Part shown: positions 39,680 through 54,448 of the stretch, in pieces
Layout: each line of letters starts with the position of its first letter
How positions within the stretch are numbered: the stretch's first letter is position 1
NCBI GenBank assembly: GCA_051294375.1
Contig: CM119268.1
Span: 18,009,850-18,073,561, forward strand
Reading direction: 5' to 3'
DNA from: Paraspadella gotoi
Lineage: Eukaryota; Animalia; Chaetognatha
Length of the DNA: 63,712 nucleotides
Translations under genes and position numbers: made by a program
The notes under the pieces: generated by a model
Seen by the model: only the letters and a program-made list of their open reading frames with translations
The model's database searches: none
Told to the model about the DNA's origin: nothing

Positions 39680-40525
39680 GTGAGTGACAAGGGAAAGGAA
39701 TAGAGGAAGAAAGGAAGATAAGAAGAATAGAGAGAGAGAGAGAAGAGAGAGAGAAGAGAGAGAGAGAGAGAGAAGAGAGACGAGAGATGAGGGAGGAGAG
39801 AGATGGAGAGAGAGGAGAGGAGAGATGAGAGAGAGCGAAGAGAAGGAAGAAAAAAAAGATACTCGAATACTCGGAGTCGTTCGGTCGCGTCGTAAAATCA
39901 TGAAGAGAATTCATTCATTAAGAAATTCTGAGAACACAAATTCTATAACAAAATAAAAAAATAAGAAAAAATTCGATGCAGCGGTTGATCGGAAGAATAA
40001 TTTGAGTTAAGGAGTTATTTTTTACTTTCATTCTTATGACAAGAGAGTCACTCAGTGAAAGGTGAGTTCTCATATCACAGTCTCAGGTTTACGGTTTTCT
40101 AGCTTAAATCTTCTCTTTTGTGTGAGACTTCTCAGTCGGTTCATTGCCCTACCCTTCGGAACACTCCTTACCTTTTTCCCTCAGCAGGGGAAATGCGCTT
40201 CTGACATGAATAAAGTAGGGATGAAATTTCGGGGCTTTTCATATGAGGGGTGGTGATAGGGTAAGGGATGTTTGGGAGGGCGGGAAGGAGCTGGGCTGAT
40301 CCCGGTTTAAGCCGAAGTCGCGAATAATTTGCATTTTTCACTCTGTTTAAAATTTCAAGTTTTTATCTTTTTTTATAAAAAAAAAAAAAAAAAAAGGAAA
40401 CATGCTTACGATATTCTGCCAACAGCGGGAAATTTCTCTACTTTTACAAGATATTCAAAATTCTCTTTACAGTTTGTTTTTCTTTTTCTTTATTAATTAA
40501 CTTTATTCTTTCTGATTCCCTTTAG

Positions 40526-40740
40526 TCTCTCCTCACGGCGGGAAAGTTCAAAGCGACGAATCCAGCGATGAAAATCGCATCAAAACTTCGCATCTGACGC
40601 AAAAGTCGAACCAAGGAATTTCCGACGATTACGTCTACGATTACTACAATTCCGGCGCCGTTGCTCACCGAAATCACGTCAAGACTTTAATGGGAGTGGT
40701 CGTCCTCTGCGGTATCCTAGGAGATTTTCTCGTCTCCTAG
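40526..40740 (+). CDS. Uncharacterised putative GPI-anchored surface protein, terminal exon with GPI-signal-like C-terminus
   Basis: ccctttag| ISPHGGKVQSDESSDENRIKTSHLTQKSNQGISDDYVYDYYNSGAVAHRNHVKTLMGVVVLCGILGDFLVS*; TAG 40738-40740; AATAAA at 40748. Confidence 0.8.
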
Positions 40741-42385
40741 ACGACCGAATAAACAAACGTTCTAAGTTCAGATTTTAAAATTTCATCGTGGAAAATTTAG
40801 CGATGACATTCGAAGTTTTGTTTTGAAGTTTGCATTATTTTTATTACAAGAAAGGTTATGATATTCCGCGCTTTGCCGAAGAAAGTATTCTTTGGTTTAG
40901 CTCATCAAATCTCAGATCATAGAGCTGTAACATTAAAGTTATGCTCCATTTGTTATTATGTCTGATTTTATTGTTGAAAAATGCTTACCTTAATCTCGTG
41001 AAGGATTAAGGTAAATGATAACAGACGTTTTAATTGGTGCTACTCTTTGTTTACTCATGGAAGTATTACACCTCTTTTTTTTATATTAATTCATTAATTA
41101 TTGTTAAGCGTGCAAAAAAAAGACCTTAAACACTAACACTTTTATGCGTTTTTTTAAATCAAGTAAAAAAGAAACTGGTTACTGGTAAAAATCATGTTTG
41201 ACTTTTCGCAACAATTTTTGAACAAAATTAATTTTCTTTTGTTCCAGTCGTCAAACGTAAATTATTTGTGTTTTTCACTGCATCGGTTCTTACGTACAAT
41301 TTCCTTTGTTCAAAACAAAAAAATAAATACAACAAAAAACAAACAAAAATAGACCTTCGTGTTTATCCCAAAGTCTGTTACAATCCTATTCCATTTCTTT
41401 ACACTTTCTTTTTTTTTTTGCTCATCGACAAATATTAATTTAATTTTCTCTCTTTTAATTAAAGTCCTATTCTCTCTCTTTCAAAAGTTATGTAGATACG
41501 TTTAATCACAATCGATAAGCGGCTTAGTTTTAAGTGAAATTTGTTTTTATTGTACATAAAAGTTTGAGTTAATTTTAAATATAATTTTTATTGAAGGTGA
41601 TAGTGTTTGTTTTGTTGATGCGAAAAAAAGATTCGGAAAAAAAATCTAAATTCTGTAATAGTAGTAGTTGCGTCAATCTGACGCGTCGAGTCTAGAACAA
41701 AACAAAGACAAATAATCTACAAGAAATGAAATGATTACTTGGGAAGAAAACATCGACGTCGACAGCGACAACGACGATATTATAGACGACGACGGCGACA
41801 TTGACGACCTCTGGAGACCAGAAGACAAAACAGCCGAAACGACGACGACGAAGACGACGTCGAGGACGGTAGAATAAATGACATCGAAAACGAAGACGAC
41901 AAAGAAGATGACGAAGATGATGACGAGGACAAAAATGATGACGAAGACGACGACTAAAAAAAATATAGAGATAAAGAAAAAGGAGACGTTGATGACAAAG
42001 AAGACGACGACGATAATAAAGAGCACATTGACAAAGAGGACAAAGATAAAGAAGTCAACGATGACGACGATGACGACGATGACGACGACGCATGACGACG
42101 AAGACGACGTATGGAATAACTGGAATGATTTTCGTCTCCCACTGCGACGTCGAATGACAGTAGGCGTAACAAAAAACCGCCATCTCCTCTCTCTCTCTCT
42201 CCTCTCTCATCTCTCTCCTTCTCTCTCTCTCTCTCTCCTCTCCTCGTTCTCTCTCTCTCTCTCTCTCACTTTCTTTTATCTTTTCTTATGACAACAGCCG
42301 AACGCCATCTCGATTCGTGAATGACAAAAAACATCTCTTGGTATAATCTCACTCTCTCTCTTACTCTCTCTCTCTCTCTCTACTC

Positions 42386-42429
<44 letters not shown>

Positions 42430-43416
42430 TTCTCTCTCTCTCCTAATCTGAGGTTTGTTACTATAGGCGAGGCAAAGACAAGCGAATCCATATCACGTCC
42501 GCCCAGCGATGTTTCATAAAACATAGAAAAAAACACCCGATACTGTGATAAAAGCTCTTCTGTGAATATGGAGGTTTTTTCTCTTTAGAGTAGCGATTAT
42601 TATAAAGACTGAAGACAGAAGCGTCGCAGGTATGATTTTTAATTTGATCAGCCTGTATTCTCTGTAAGTGTTTCAAACATGATTTTTAGCTGCCAAAAAA
42701 AAATAGAGAAAATGTCAAGTTCGTCAGTAAAGTAAATTCGAAAAAAAGGTCATTCAACGTGAGAAAGCGCAAAGTAGAAACGAAAGAAAAAGAAGAAGTA
42801 AAAAAAAAAGGAAATAAATAAATATAAAATAAAAGCGGAGGGAATAAAAGTGAGAAAGAGAGAGAGAGAGACAATAGAAAAGAAGGAGAGAAAGGATTTC
42901 CATCATCATTAAGCTCGACAAGGAAATTTGGGAAAGGAGAAGACAAAGTTCGATTTAGCGATAGAAGCCTCGCTATTTCTTTATTTGTTAGAATGATTAT
43001 TTCTTGCATTTTGTTTATTTTTACATTCTCTTCAACATTTTAGAATTGTTTTCTTATTTTCTTGAATATTTGGTTTCGTTTGGTGTTACGTTTTGCAACG
43101 TGTTATTATCCTCTGTGGGCACTATGTGTATAAACTTTCTTTTAAAATTTTCTATAAGCCGAAAGATCCTGGGAAAATGAGTTTAAAGTCAAGTGAATCC
43201 ATAAAATGTGTTCCATATGCTCTCCATTCAAAGTGTCTCGAGTAAAAAGGTGAAAAGAGTTAAAGAAGAGGAGAGCGAGAGATTGAATAAAAAGAAAGAG
43301 TAGAAATTAAAAAGGAAAAAAAGAAAGAAAAAGAAAGAGAGAAAAAAGAAGCCAATTTGGAGAAACGATTTATTTCTCGTCGCAAGATCACCAACAGGAG
43401 AGGCTCCTACGACGCG

Positions 43417-43524
<108 letters not shown>

Positions 43525-44078
43525 TTAGTTGCAAAGAAACATATGTGCTGTTTATTTTTCAATTTGCAGTTATTAGTAGTTGTTTATTTTTTTAACTCAC
43601 CGCTTTTTACAAACTTCATAGTCTTACCTAAACTTTTAATTTACTTATTGTAATGTAATTTGTTTTTTGTTTTTTGTTCTCAAACCTTCATGAACATTAA
43701 TATCGGATTTCATGCCACCTCTTGGTCCCTTTCATCGCCCCTACTTCCCGAACACTTTACAAGCGCTCGTTTCCAAGGAAACCAAGCGTCATGGTTGAGG
43801 GTGAGTGAATTGAGAGAGAATAGAGAAAAGCGTTAATAAAGCGTTAATAAACTATTCTTTAACTCGTGTTTGTGAGAGACAATTTAGCCTATGAGCTAAA
43901 GACAAATGTTTAATTTTGGCAAACGAATTTGATTAAAAAAAAATTGAATTTCAAAAAAACTAAGCTGAATTAATAAAAAATATGCCTCGTAAGAAAACCA
44001 AGTGAAATTGAGGTAAGGCTGGTAGAAGGCGAAGGAGCGGCTCCGACGTTCGTGGCATCGCGGGTGGTTTTCCACGGG

Positions 44079-44121
<43 letters not shown>

Positions 44122-44561
44122 TTGTTTCGTTTCCATGGGGATCCAACGTTGCTTTTAGATGCCTCATTAGAATTTCAAAGTCCCATGTCGAAAGAGAAGG
44201 GACGACGACGACAACGACAAAGATGACGACGAAGATGACAACCACCTCCGCTTTAATTATCGTCGGGTAAAAAGATGACACAGAAAAAGTGAGATCATCA
44301 AAGATGAAAATTTTCTTTCAGTTCATTTCGCTCATTCGATATTTTTGTAATGGAATATTAGGAATTTTAGGAATGTTCGAAATGTTAGCAAAGTTTTTAT
44401 GCCAGAAAAAAAAGGAATAAAAAAGACGACGACCGTGAGGACGACGAACAACGACGACGATTCCAATACCCCGACGCCGTAATCATTTACGACAAACTGC
44501 ATGACAGGAATGACGTTTTAAAATACGAGGAAGTAACAAAGGCATAAATAACGACAGGGAG

Positions 44562-44612
<51 letters not shown>

Positions 44613-45158
44613 CACGATAAGGACGAAAAGGTTTAATTTAGACTAGAAGTGGATGGAACGTCAACGGCTTTGGCGACCGCGGAGACATAAATGAAAACAA
44701 AGCAGACAATGATAATAACGAAGTCGATAGGAGTTACAACCTTATTTTAAAAGGAAAATGAAGAAAATGCGGAACCATGAGGAAAAACTGTAAGACGAGA
44801 CATAATTCAGAGTTGAATGATTACGAAAACTTACAAAACAAATATAGTAAACAGTAAAATATAATTTGATACAAGCGACAAAGACGTGGAAAGCAATGAG
44901 CAAAAAGGAAACAGTTTACTTCTTTTGAGGACAAAGACGACGACAAGGAAGATGGCCACAAAGGAGAAGACGACGACGACGACGACGACGACGACAACGA
45001 CGATGTCAGCAAAGAGGAAGAGCGGCGCCGGTTGAGTTCGTAACTAAACGGAAACGAGAAGACGATTCGCTGGGGGATTATTTTTTTACGTGGAGAGGAG
45101 AGAGAGAGAGAGAGAGAGGGAGAGAGGAGAGAGAGAGAGAGAAAGAGATTGAGAGAAG

Positions 45159-45206
<48 letters not shown>

Positions 45207-45318
45207 GAGAGAGAGAGAGAGAGAGAGAATAAATTATTACGATTATGAAAAAATTGACTTTTAAGATAGATTCCTCTCTCTCTCTCTCTTCTCTCTTTCT
45301 CCTCTCTCTCTCTCTCTC

Positions 45319-45361
<43 letters not shown>

Positions 45362-45892
45362 TTCTTCCCAGCTTGCTGTGCATCTCTCTCTTGCGAATAC
45401 TTCTTTAATCTTCCTTTGCGGTAAACAATTCCTCGAATCAAAATTAAAAGTTTGTTTGTTTTCAATTTTAATCGTTTTTCGTATCCGTTTAGGTTTGTAA
45501 CACATTCTTTTTAAATTGTCAAATTTGAATTGTTTTGTAATGTTTTCATGCAGGTTTTCTGTCTCTTATTCTCTTTACCCAATTTCTCTTTTTCTCGTCC
45601 CTCCGGATCTCATTTTTTCACTTTTTTTTCAGGACGAAAAATTAAAAAAAAAGTAAAAACAAAAGAGAAGAAGAAGGAAGGAAAAAATGGAGAAGTGGAG
45701 AGTTTTATCTTGGGAATATTTTCGTTTCAAATTAAGCGAAAGAAGACAGGAAAAGGGCAATTAATTCAGAAGCGAAATGAAAGGAACTAAGAAGAACTAA
45801 GGAGAACTGAGGAAAAAATGTCTGAGATCTATATATGTACACCAAAAGGAAAACATGAAAAGAAAAAGAAAAAGAGAGAGAGGAGAGGAGAC

Positions 45893-45923
<31 letters not shown>

Positions 45924-46752
45924 CGAAAGAGAGAGAGTAGATAGAGAGAGAGAGAGAGAGATAGTGCTGCTGTTCTCATTTTCTTTCTCTAATTTTGGTT
46001 TCTGTCTTGCGCGTCTTTCTTTTGTTATTTCCTTCCTTTAAAATTACTATAATTGTTTTTTAACAAAGTTTAAACGTATTTGCTTCATTTTCTCCATAAT
46101 TGCTCTGCTCTCTATTACAAAAAACAAGATTTACGTCCGCCATTTTTAAATATATCAAAGTCTGACGCCGGCGAAGGGTGACGTTTAGAGAAAGATTTCG
46201 TCCGTGGCACCGTGGCACCGTGGCAGTCAGAGTGGTTTCGAGATTACGAAACAACTTGCAAGAGCTGAAAGGAGAGGGCTGCTCCGGATTTGACGACATT
46301 CTGTTCGTCAGGTCGACCGACCTCGTCGACGGCAGAAACTGAAAATGAAAATGAAACTGGACTTTGGACAACGATATTGTTAAAAAAGGAAATGAGAGAG
46401 AAAGATGGAGCGGGACAAAGATCGTAAGGACAAAGAGAATGAAGGAGAAAGAAAACGAAACCTTGGGGATCTTTGTTGATGGAGGCGAAGTCGACCATTG
46501 ATGGAGGAAATCGGAAATTGTCTCATGTTGCAGAATGACGACGCAACCGCGAAAGCCGCAGGCGAAAAAAGAGGCGGTTGGCTACGTAAACAATTTCAAA
46601 TTCTGAGAAGAGAAAACGAAAACCAAAATTGTGGGCGGCGAAAGACAAAAGAACAACAGAGGAACCCATTTTTCTATGACTCCTTGCTAGGGGCGCAAGA
46701 GAAAAGAGCAATTTCGAAAGTTTATTGTTTGTGTAGTTGTTTTTGACGGTGT

Positions 46753-46798
<46 letters not shown>

Positions 46799-47373
46799 TC
46801 TCTCTCTCTCTCCAGCTCTTCTCTCTTTTCTCTCTCTATCTCTCTTTCAAAATGAATATGAATTCAATAAATTTTGGTGAAAAGAGATTTTGCCGCTGTA
46901 AAAAGTTTATAGAAACAGTTTCGTTAATTCAAGTGTTTACTAAAAGTTTGAGAAAGATTATCAGTGTTCTATAAATATTCTACATTAGCTTTATTTTTAT
47001 TTTTTGTTTTTATATTTTTTTTTTTTCAGTAGTTTTAAGCTCACTCGTTTTCTCTAAGTATCCACAAAAACTTGGCACGACCCATAGTGCCATTATTCCC
47101 TCGGAAACGACCGCCGTCCTTTAGGCACGAATCTCTCTCTCTCTCTACTCTCTCATCTCTTCTCTTCTCTCTCTTCTAGTCATATACTCAGCTCTTCCCG
47201 GATGCAGCCGTCCACCGGGCAGCGGCGCGCGGCTGCGACCGACTACGCCTTCTCCTTCCGGGCTCTTCGCTCGGATCAGGGAGATTTTCTCTCTCTCAAT
47301 GGGTGAGTCGGGCTTCTTTCCGGTCGAAAGTCCGAAGCGGATCGGGGCCCGGATTTCTCGTCCCTCTCTCTCT

Positions 47374-47421
<48 letters not shown>

Positions 47422-50403
47422 GCTCTTCTCCACCAAAACAACGTCGACAAGTCAAGTCTCACCATTTTTTGGAGGAAAACAGATTTTAGCCGCTTCATTA
47501 GGCGCCTAGCAGAAAATAATTAGTCATTTCTCACTAGATTAAGGCCAAAACAAACTGCGCGCCCTCGCTTGTCGTAAATCACTTACAATTCAATTGGGGT
47601 TTTTATGTACAAATGCGGTTGAATGACCTTTCCTTTTAAAAAAATTTACATTTGGCCTTTTAGTCAGTTTGTTGCTTCAAATAAAAGCAAATACAATTAA
47701 AAACAGTTTTAAAAAAGAAATTTTGATTGAAGCGTGGACAATTCTGAAAGTTTATAGTTTAAATTCCTAAGTTTCTTGCGAAAACTTTAGCGCTGTTGGA
47801 CTCATAAACCCAAGAAAGATGTTTGTTCAAAATCTTGGCCGACCTTGAAGGGGACCAAGTGAAAACAGGGGGGTAAAAAGCTGAAAAACATAAATCTTTG
47901 ATCCCTTTAACTTTAAGCTGGTTCTGCATCATATAATTTTTTCTTTTATAATCAATTTGGCGAAAGTAGTTAAAAAAATTCGATAGAAAATCAGCCGGAG
48001 CTTTTAATTTTCTATTTTTAAAAAATTGTGTAGACAAAAATCTTTTTCAAGTTTAAAAATTTTTTTTTTTTTTTCCAAAAAAGGGTAAGATTCTAATTTT
48101 AAAAGATTTTCAGCTTTTTCACAAAAAAATTTATAGAAAAAAACTTAGGATATGAATCAAAATTTAACGGTATCGACTGATTTTTATAAACTTTCTTTTC
48201 AAATGATTCTTGTTTAAATTGAGATGAAAATAAAACTCTTTTGAAGTAATATAAATATAAAGAAGAGAAAGATTCTGTACTTTGCTAAATTTTTAATTGT
48301 ATAATTTAGGCAATCAATATAGTTTAATATATACATTGTAAGGGTAATGAATATGAATATTAATTAATAATTATTACAGTTTTGTTTTCTGTAAAGAATA
48401 GAATTTTAGGTTTGATTTGTCTGCTTTTAAGTAAATATAAAAAATATAAAAATAATAGTCTTGTAAAGCCTTTGTTCAATTTGAAGCTTAAAAACCTAAA
48501 ATTATTAGCTTTGCTACAGTAAAAATAAAAAATTGGAATTTAGTAAAAAAATACTTTCTAATTGCAAAAATAAAATAATGGATTATATAAAATATTTTAG
48601 GTTAGGCGTCAACTAAATTTTTTTTTCATAATTATTAAATTTTTGTTTCCGCTACAATAAGAGATTAGGGAATTTTTTTTGCACGTTCCCGTTACAAAGA
48701 AAATTAATGGACTATTCACCATTCAAATTTCCTCTTGATGATAGACCCTTCAACTTTATGATATCATTTTTATCACTGCGGTCCCTTAAGTTTTACGTTC
48801 AATATGTGCGTAAGATCTTTCCTTTTATTTGTCTTTCACGGCCGCTGGAGACGAATGTTCGTTTTTGTCACCAGGACGGAACTATCAACTTAAGGTTTCA
48901 AGAGAAAAGTCGCGAATAAAAAATGAGTCTTTATTGAACACGAATTATTTTTCCTAAATACAGAGTTTCTTTCTCAGAGCGAAACATGTTTTTGTGAGAT
49001 TTCAAGCGAAAACTAAACTACGATGGAAAAATCTCTCTGAAAATGAGGCGGGAGACGACTTGCCCGCGAAAATATTGACCATAAAAGAATTGGCAAGATA
49101 TCTTTAACAATAATTAATAAATTTATTTTCACTTATTACCCTTGCAGGCATAGGAAAAATAACAAACCTTTTCTTTACAGTAGCATGACCAATCACAAAT
49201 ACTATTGGGCATGATTTTATCGGGGAATTTTATAAAAAAAAAAAACCAACTTTTTCCAATATTGCTAAAAATATTATAAACAGAATTGGATAAAAAAAAT
49301 TTTAGCTCTTAAGACAAAGTTGGGCTGGACTACGGATTTAATTGAAATATCTGGCTGCCATTTCTAATCAAGATATCAATATTTCATTTTTTGCTACTTT
49401 TTAATAGCAGTAGCAGTGGTAGGGAAAAAAAGGTTAGAGGAGAAAGGAAAAGGATGGACACAGAAAAAATAATGAGCGGTAGAAACGTTGCGAGAAAGGG
49501 AGAAAAAGTCAGCAGAGAAAGAGAAGAAAAAGAGAGAGTTCGAAAAAAAAAGTCGAGAAAGAAAGAAAATAATAAAAGGAGTGAAAAACAAAAGAAAAAA
49601 AATTTTATAAGCTATTAGCGTTGCCATTTTTTTTGCCAAAGCAAGTTAGTATATCTAAAATACGCAACAGATCTTACGAGCAATTTGATGCTCTAAAAGT
49701 TGCTCTTTGCCATGGAAAAAAATATTTTTTAGTTCATCTGAATTAAGGGCCGGATACCGTAAATAAGAATGGATTGTTCATAAAAGAAAATCATGTCTTT
49801 ACTGTATTTTGAAAAACATAGAAATCACCCAGTGAGATCTATGTTATGCAGGAGGAAGCATAAGATATATATAAATAAAGCAGTGTTTCATATTTATCAG
49901 AGGAGAAAAAAGAAATAATAGTTATTTAAAGTTCCAATTTCATTGTGAAAAATACCCGTATAAAAAATCACTGCCTATCTCAAATACAATTTCTTTTGAA
50001 GAAAAAGACTCCCGCGATTCCGCGCCGAACCCATGATCGATCCGGACTCGGAGGCAGAGAGAAAAGACTCGGCCAGCCGGTGACGAGGGTAAGAGAGGAG
50101 AGAGAGAGTAAGTTTTGCCGCCTGCAGCTCCGATCGGATCGACTCTGCCGTCGCGCGGATCCGGGAGACAGCAGAGGAAGACAAGAGGAGTAAGAAGAGC
50201 GAGCGAAGTAAGTCGAAGGCGCGGCGGCGAAAGCGCATCTGGCCGCAGCGCGGTCTGCTCCCGGAGGCCTGCGCTGATACGAGGCTTCTGAGTATTAGCC
50301 ATGCTCTCTCTTCTCTCTCTCTCTTTTTTTTTTTTTTTTTTTCTCTTCTTCCTTTTCCTCTTTCTACACTCCACTTTTCCAGCTTTTCCCTCTCTCTCTC
50401 TCA

Positions 50404-50434
<31 letters not shown>

Positions 50435-50715
50435 TCTCTCTCTTCTCTTCTGTCTTCCATCTCTCTCTCTTCTCTTTCTCTCTTTCTCTCTCAACCCCTT
50501 TTTTCAATTCCCTTCATTCTCTTCTTCCTTCTTTCCTCTTTCTACACTCCCAACTTCCCAGGCTCTTTTCTCTCTCCTCTCTCTCTCTCCATCTCTCTCT
50601 CTCCCTCTATCCCTCATACCCATTTCTGCCGTGAGTATTGGCAAAGCCTACATCAGGTCGTAAAAGATTGAGCATCATTTCTTTCCTTAGCGGTTTCCGT
50701 CTACCTTTCCCTTCC

Positions 50716-51475
50716 TTTTCCCAAGCTTTTCCTCTCGTTTTCCAAGCTTTTTTCTCTCGTTATTTCCCAAGCTTTTTCCTCTTCGTTTCCAAGCTTTCTC
50801 CTCTCGTTTCCCAAGCTTTTCTTCTCGTTTCCCAAGCTTTTTCCTCTCGTTTTCCAAGCTTTTTCCTCTCGTTTTCCAAGCTTTTTCCTCTCGTTTCCCA
50901 AGCTTTTTTCCTTCTTGTTTCCCAAGCTTTTTCCTCTCGTTTTCCAAGCTTCGTTCCTCTCGTTTTCCAAGTTTTTTCCTCTCGTTTTCCAAGCTTTTTT
51001 TCCTCATCGTTTCCCAAGCTTTTTTCTCTCGTTTTTCCCAAGCTTTTTACCTCTCGTTTCCCAAGCTTTTTCCTCTCGTTCCCAAGCTTTTTCTTCTCGT
51101 TTCCCAAGCTTTTTCCTCTCGTTTTCCAAGCTTGTTTCCTCTCGTTTTCCAAGCTTTTTCCTCGTTCCAAGCTTTTTCCTCTTTTTCCCAAGCTTTTTCC
51201 TCTCGCTTTCCAAGCTTTTTCCGTCTCTTCGTTTTCCAAGTTTTTTCCTCTGTTTTCCCAGCTTCCTTCTTCGTTTCCCAGCTTTTTCCTCTTCATTTCT
51301 CAAGCTTTTTCCTCTCGTTTTTTCAAGCTTTTTCCTCATCGTTCTCAAGCTTTTCCTCTCGTTTTTCAAGCTTTTTCCTCTCGTTTTTCAAAGCTTTTTC
51401 CTTCTTCGTTGTTCAAGGCTTTTTTTCCTCACTTTTCTCAAGCTTTTTCCTCTCGTTTCCCAAGCCTTTTTCCAC
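50716..51475. repeat. 22-bp minisatellite TTTCCCAAGCTTTTTCCTCTCG (~34 units)
   Basis: Direct inspection; most units contain AAGCTT. It explains the LGKREEKAWE-type ORFs. Confidence 0.92.
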
Positions 51476-52966
51476 TTTAATAAGGAGGAATGCCAGTTAC
51501 CAGTAGCTAAGCAAGTTTAAATATAAATACTGAAAAACGATTATTTCTTCTACAGGCAGGGACTTTGAATCTAGATAGATACGAAAAAAACTTGTAATAT
51601 AATCTAAAACGAAGAGCTATTCAGGTTAATTTATAACATTTTTTCATACTTTATAGAAAAATACTTGACTTTTTTCCTGAAAAAAAGTGACTCCGCGCTT
51701 GAGAGCCATTGAGATTATTGACTGTTAGAAAATTTCGAAACATAATTTTTAGCGTCAAAATTAACGTCAAGTAGTTTCCAAACTCATAAATGTTATAAAT
51801 AAAAAATATAAAGTTAAAAAAAATTACGAGTTTAATCAAGTCTTTTGTATCGCTCCGGATTGAAGTCCTGTAATATTATACCACGCAGAAATTATGTACA
51901 GAATTAGAAATCCTAAACGTTTTAAATTTTTTTTATTTTTTAAGAAAATTTTATGAATCAAAGTTTTTTTTCTTCAAATCAATGGAAAACTGTTATGTGG
52001 TTCCATTCATGCGAGGTCACGACAGAAAATGATGACAGATAGAACGCTTAGTCCTTTTTTCCCCTTTATCTTCAGCGTTTTTCCGCTAAGAGGACGGGGA
52101 TTGAACACAAATTGAAAAATAATAAAGACCATGAGGACATGAGATAATTTTTTAAAATAACAACGGCTACAGACTATATTAATGCATTATAATTAAGGGA
52201 TAATCACAGGCGAATTATACTAAGAACATGCATTTTATTCACATAATGATTTTTATTTTAAAAGAATTTTGACATGGGGAAAACCAAGTTTCGAGAGATA
52301 TTATTTTAAAAAAATCAAGTAAATCTTGTTTCCATGCGTATCGTGCACGATCCAAGGATGGAAGCAGAATAAGAAAGAAAATCATAATAAAAATTCCCCA
52401 CGGAAAGTTTTGCGTGGAACGAAAATTCGATTTCGAGTCGAGTTTCTTCAAAAACGCATTTCATTGTGTCTTCCATTTCATGTTTCCAGTTTTGTTCGTC
52501 AAATAATATTTAATTTCAATTACTATTTTTGATCCAGAAGGTGACGTTTAACTAAATATTCAAACAAACTCGTTGTTTACTCGGAAAATATTTATGAATA
52601 TACTGGGGCCTATCTTTTTATACTATTTATTTCCTAATGAGAGAGCAATTGTTAGCAAACCATAAAGTATTTTTAAAATATTTTAAAACTTTAGGAAACA
52701 AAATGATCAAAGTAGTCAACGTGACTTGGGGTGAAGTTGCCAAGTAACTTTGTGAATCTTTATCAAACTCGTCTTGTCGAAGAAAAATTAACTAAAACAG
52801 CGATCGCCGATTCTCCCAAATTCACAATTCGCTGAACTATTGAAGCTTTCTGACTAACTGACTACTCATCAAAATTCTCGAAAAAACCTTTACATTTTGC
52901 CACCATTTTTGCCACTCTCACTTTGTTCAGCACTCCAGTAAATTTTTGCCGTTCCCCTGCGTCACC

Positions 52967-53700
52967 ATGCGCCCCAACGCCCGCACCGTCAGTCTTGCTA
53001 CATCTGTAGGCCGCGGAGTTACGGCACAAAATCCCATCTGCATCCACGAACACCCAGTGTCTTCGTCAAGTGGAAGCGACGAAACGGACTCTTGCCAAGA
53101 ACATGAGACGCCCTCCGCCGAAGAGTCCCGACGTCTTTCCGTCGATCGAAGGTGGGCGTATCTGCGTCGCTCGTAAGATGTTAAAGATGAGATCAAGGAC
53201 GATCGTCCTTTTAAATTCGTAAAAAAATAGTTTATAAACATTTTTTTTTGTCATTTATTTTTCTCGTTAATGCTTTTTCGCTTCGCGACTTTATTAAAGT
53301 GAGTAATTACAATTTTTAGGAAAGTGGCAAAAAAACAAAAAAAACTCCAACAACAGCATATAATTATTTTCTTTCTTTTTTCATTCGCGTCCTACTTTTC
53401 TGCTAAACCCTTCCGCCACCTCCACTCCTTGCTTTGCACCTCCAACCCCTTAGCCTTCTGCACCTCATCAACCCTTCCACCCGCCACATCCCCTTTCTAG
53501 ACCCAACTCCGCGAATTGACCTCGAGCGATTCAACAGTCTCGCCCTCGACGCCTCTCCAGCAATTCCAAACTTTGCTGCCCTGCGAGTTTTTTGCTGTCG
53601 CACCTTCCTGCTCGACCGCCTGCCCGTTCCACAGCGAAACGTGCGGCAAGGGGCAACTTTAGCAATCCGGAAAAAAGGTCGAATACTTCGTCCCGGTATT
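52967..53700 (+). pseudogene. Frameshifted duplicate of ZNF474-like exons 1-2 (probably an error-rich long-read copy rather than a true pseudogene)
   Basis: Colinear with 59520-60220 but with many 1-nt indels; sits at the end of a 7-kb duplicate next to a 25-N gap. Confidence 0.55.
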
Positions 53701-54401
53701 TTTACGAAATTAATCGAATTATTTCTTGTTTCAACAACGATTTTTTTTTATTATTTATTTTTATTTTTTAAATTAAAATTTCATTGGTATTATCCTATTC
53801 CTTTTCGTGTATCTCTCTCTTTNNNNNNNNNNNNNNNNNNNNNNNNNCTCTCTCTCTCTCTCTCTCGCTCTCTCTCTTTCTCTCTCTATCTCTCTTTCAA
53901 AATGAATATGAATTCAATAAATTTTGGTGAAAAGAGATTTTGCCGCTGTAAAAGTTAGTAGAAACAGTTTCGTTATTCAAGTGTTTACTAAAAGTTGAGA
54001 AAGATTATCAGTGTTTATAAATATTTACATTAGCTTTATTTTATTTTGTTTTTAATTTTTTTTTTTCAGTAGTTTTAAGCTCACTCCGTTCTCTAAGTAT
54101 CCACAAAACTGGCATCGACCCAAGTGATTATTCCCTCGGAACGACCGCCGTCTTGGCACGAATCTCTCTCTCTCTCTCTCTCTCTCATCTCTTCTCTTCT
54201 CTCTCTTCTAGTCATATACTCAGCTCTTCCCGGATGCAGCCGTCCACCGGGCAGCGGCGCGCGGCTGCGACCGACTACGCCTTCTCCTTCCGGGCTCTTC
54301 GCTCGGATCAGGGAGATTTTCTCTCTCTCAATGGGTGAGTCGGGCTTCTTTCCGGTCGAAAGTCCGAAGCGGATCGGGGCCCGGATTTCTCGCTCTCTCT
54401 C

Positions 54402-54448
<47 letters not shown>

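Noticed and set aside
50638-51520. Long ORFs with periodic LGKREEKAWETRGKSL / FPSFF repeats; CRISPR-like periodicity
   Set aside because: These are read-through of a head-to-tail 22-bp minisatellite. There are no unique spacers and no cas genes, and the context is eukaryotic.
52967-53700. Second ZNF474-like paralog or genuine pseudogene
   Set aside because: The indel pattern, adapter-like end and adjacent 25-N gap point to a noisy long-read duplicate.
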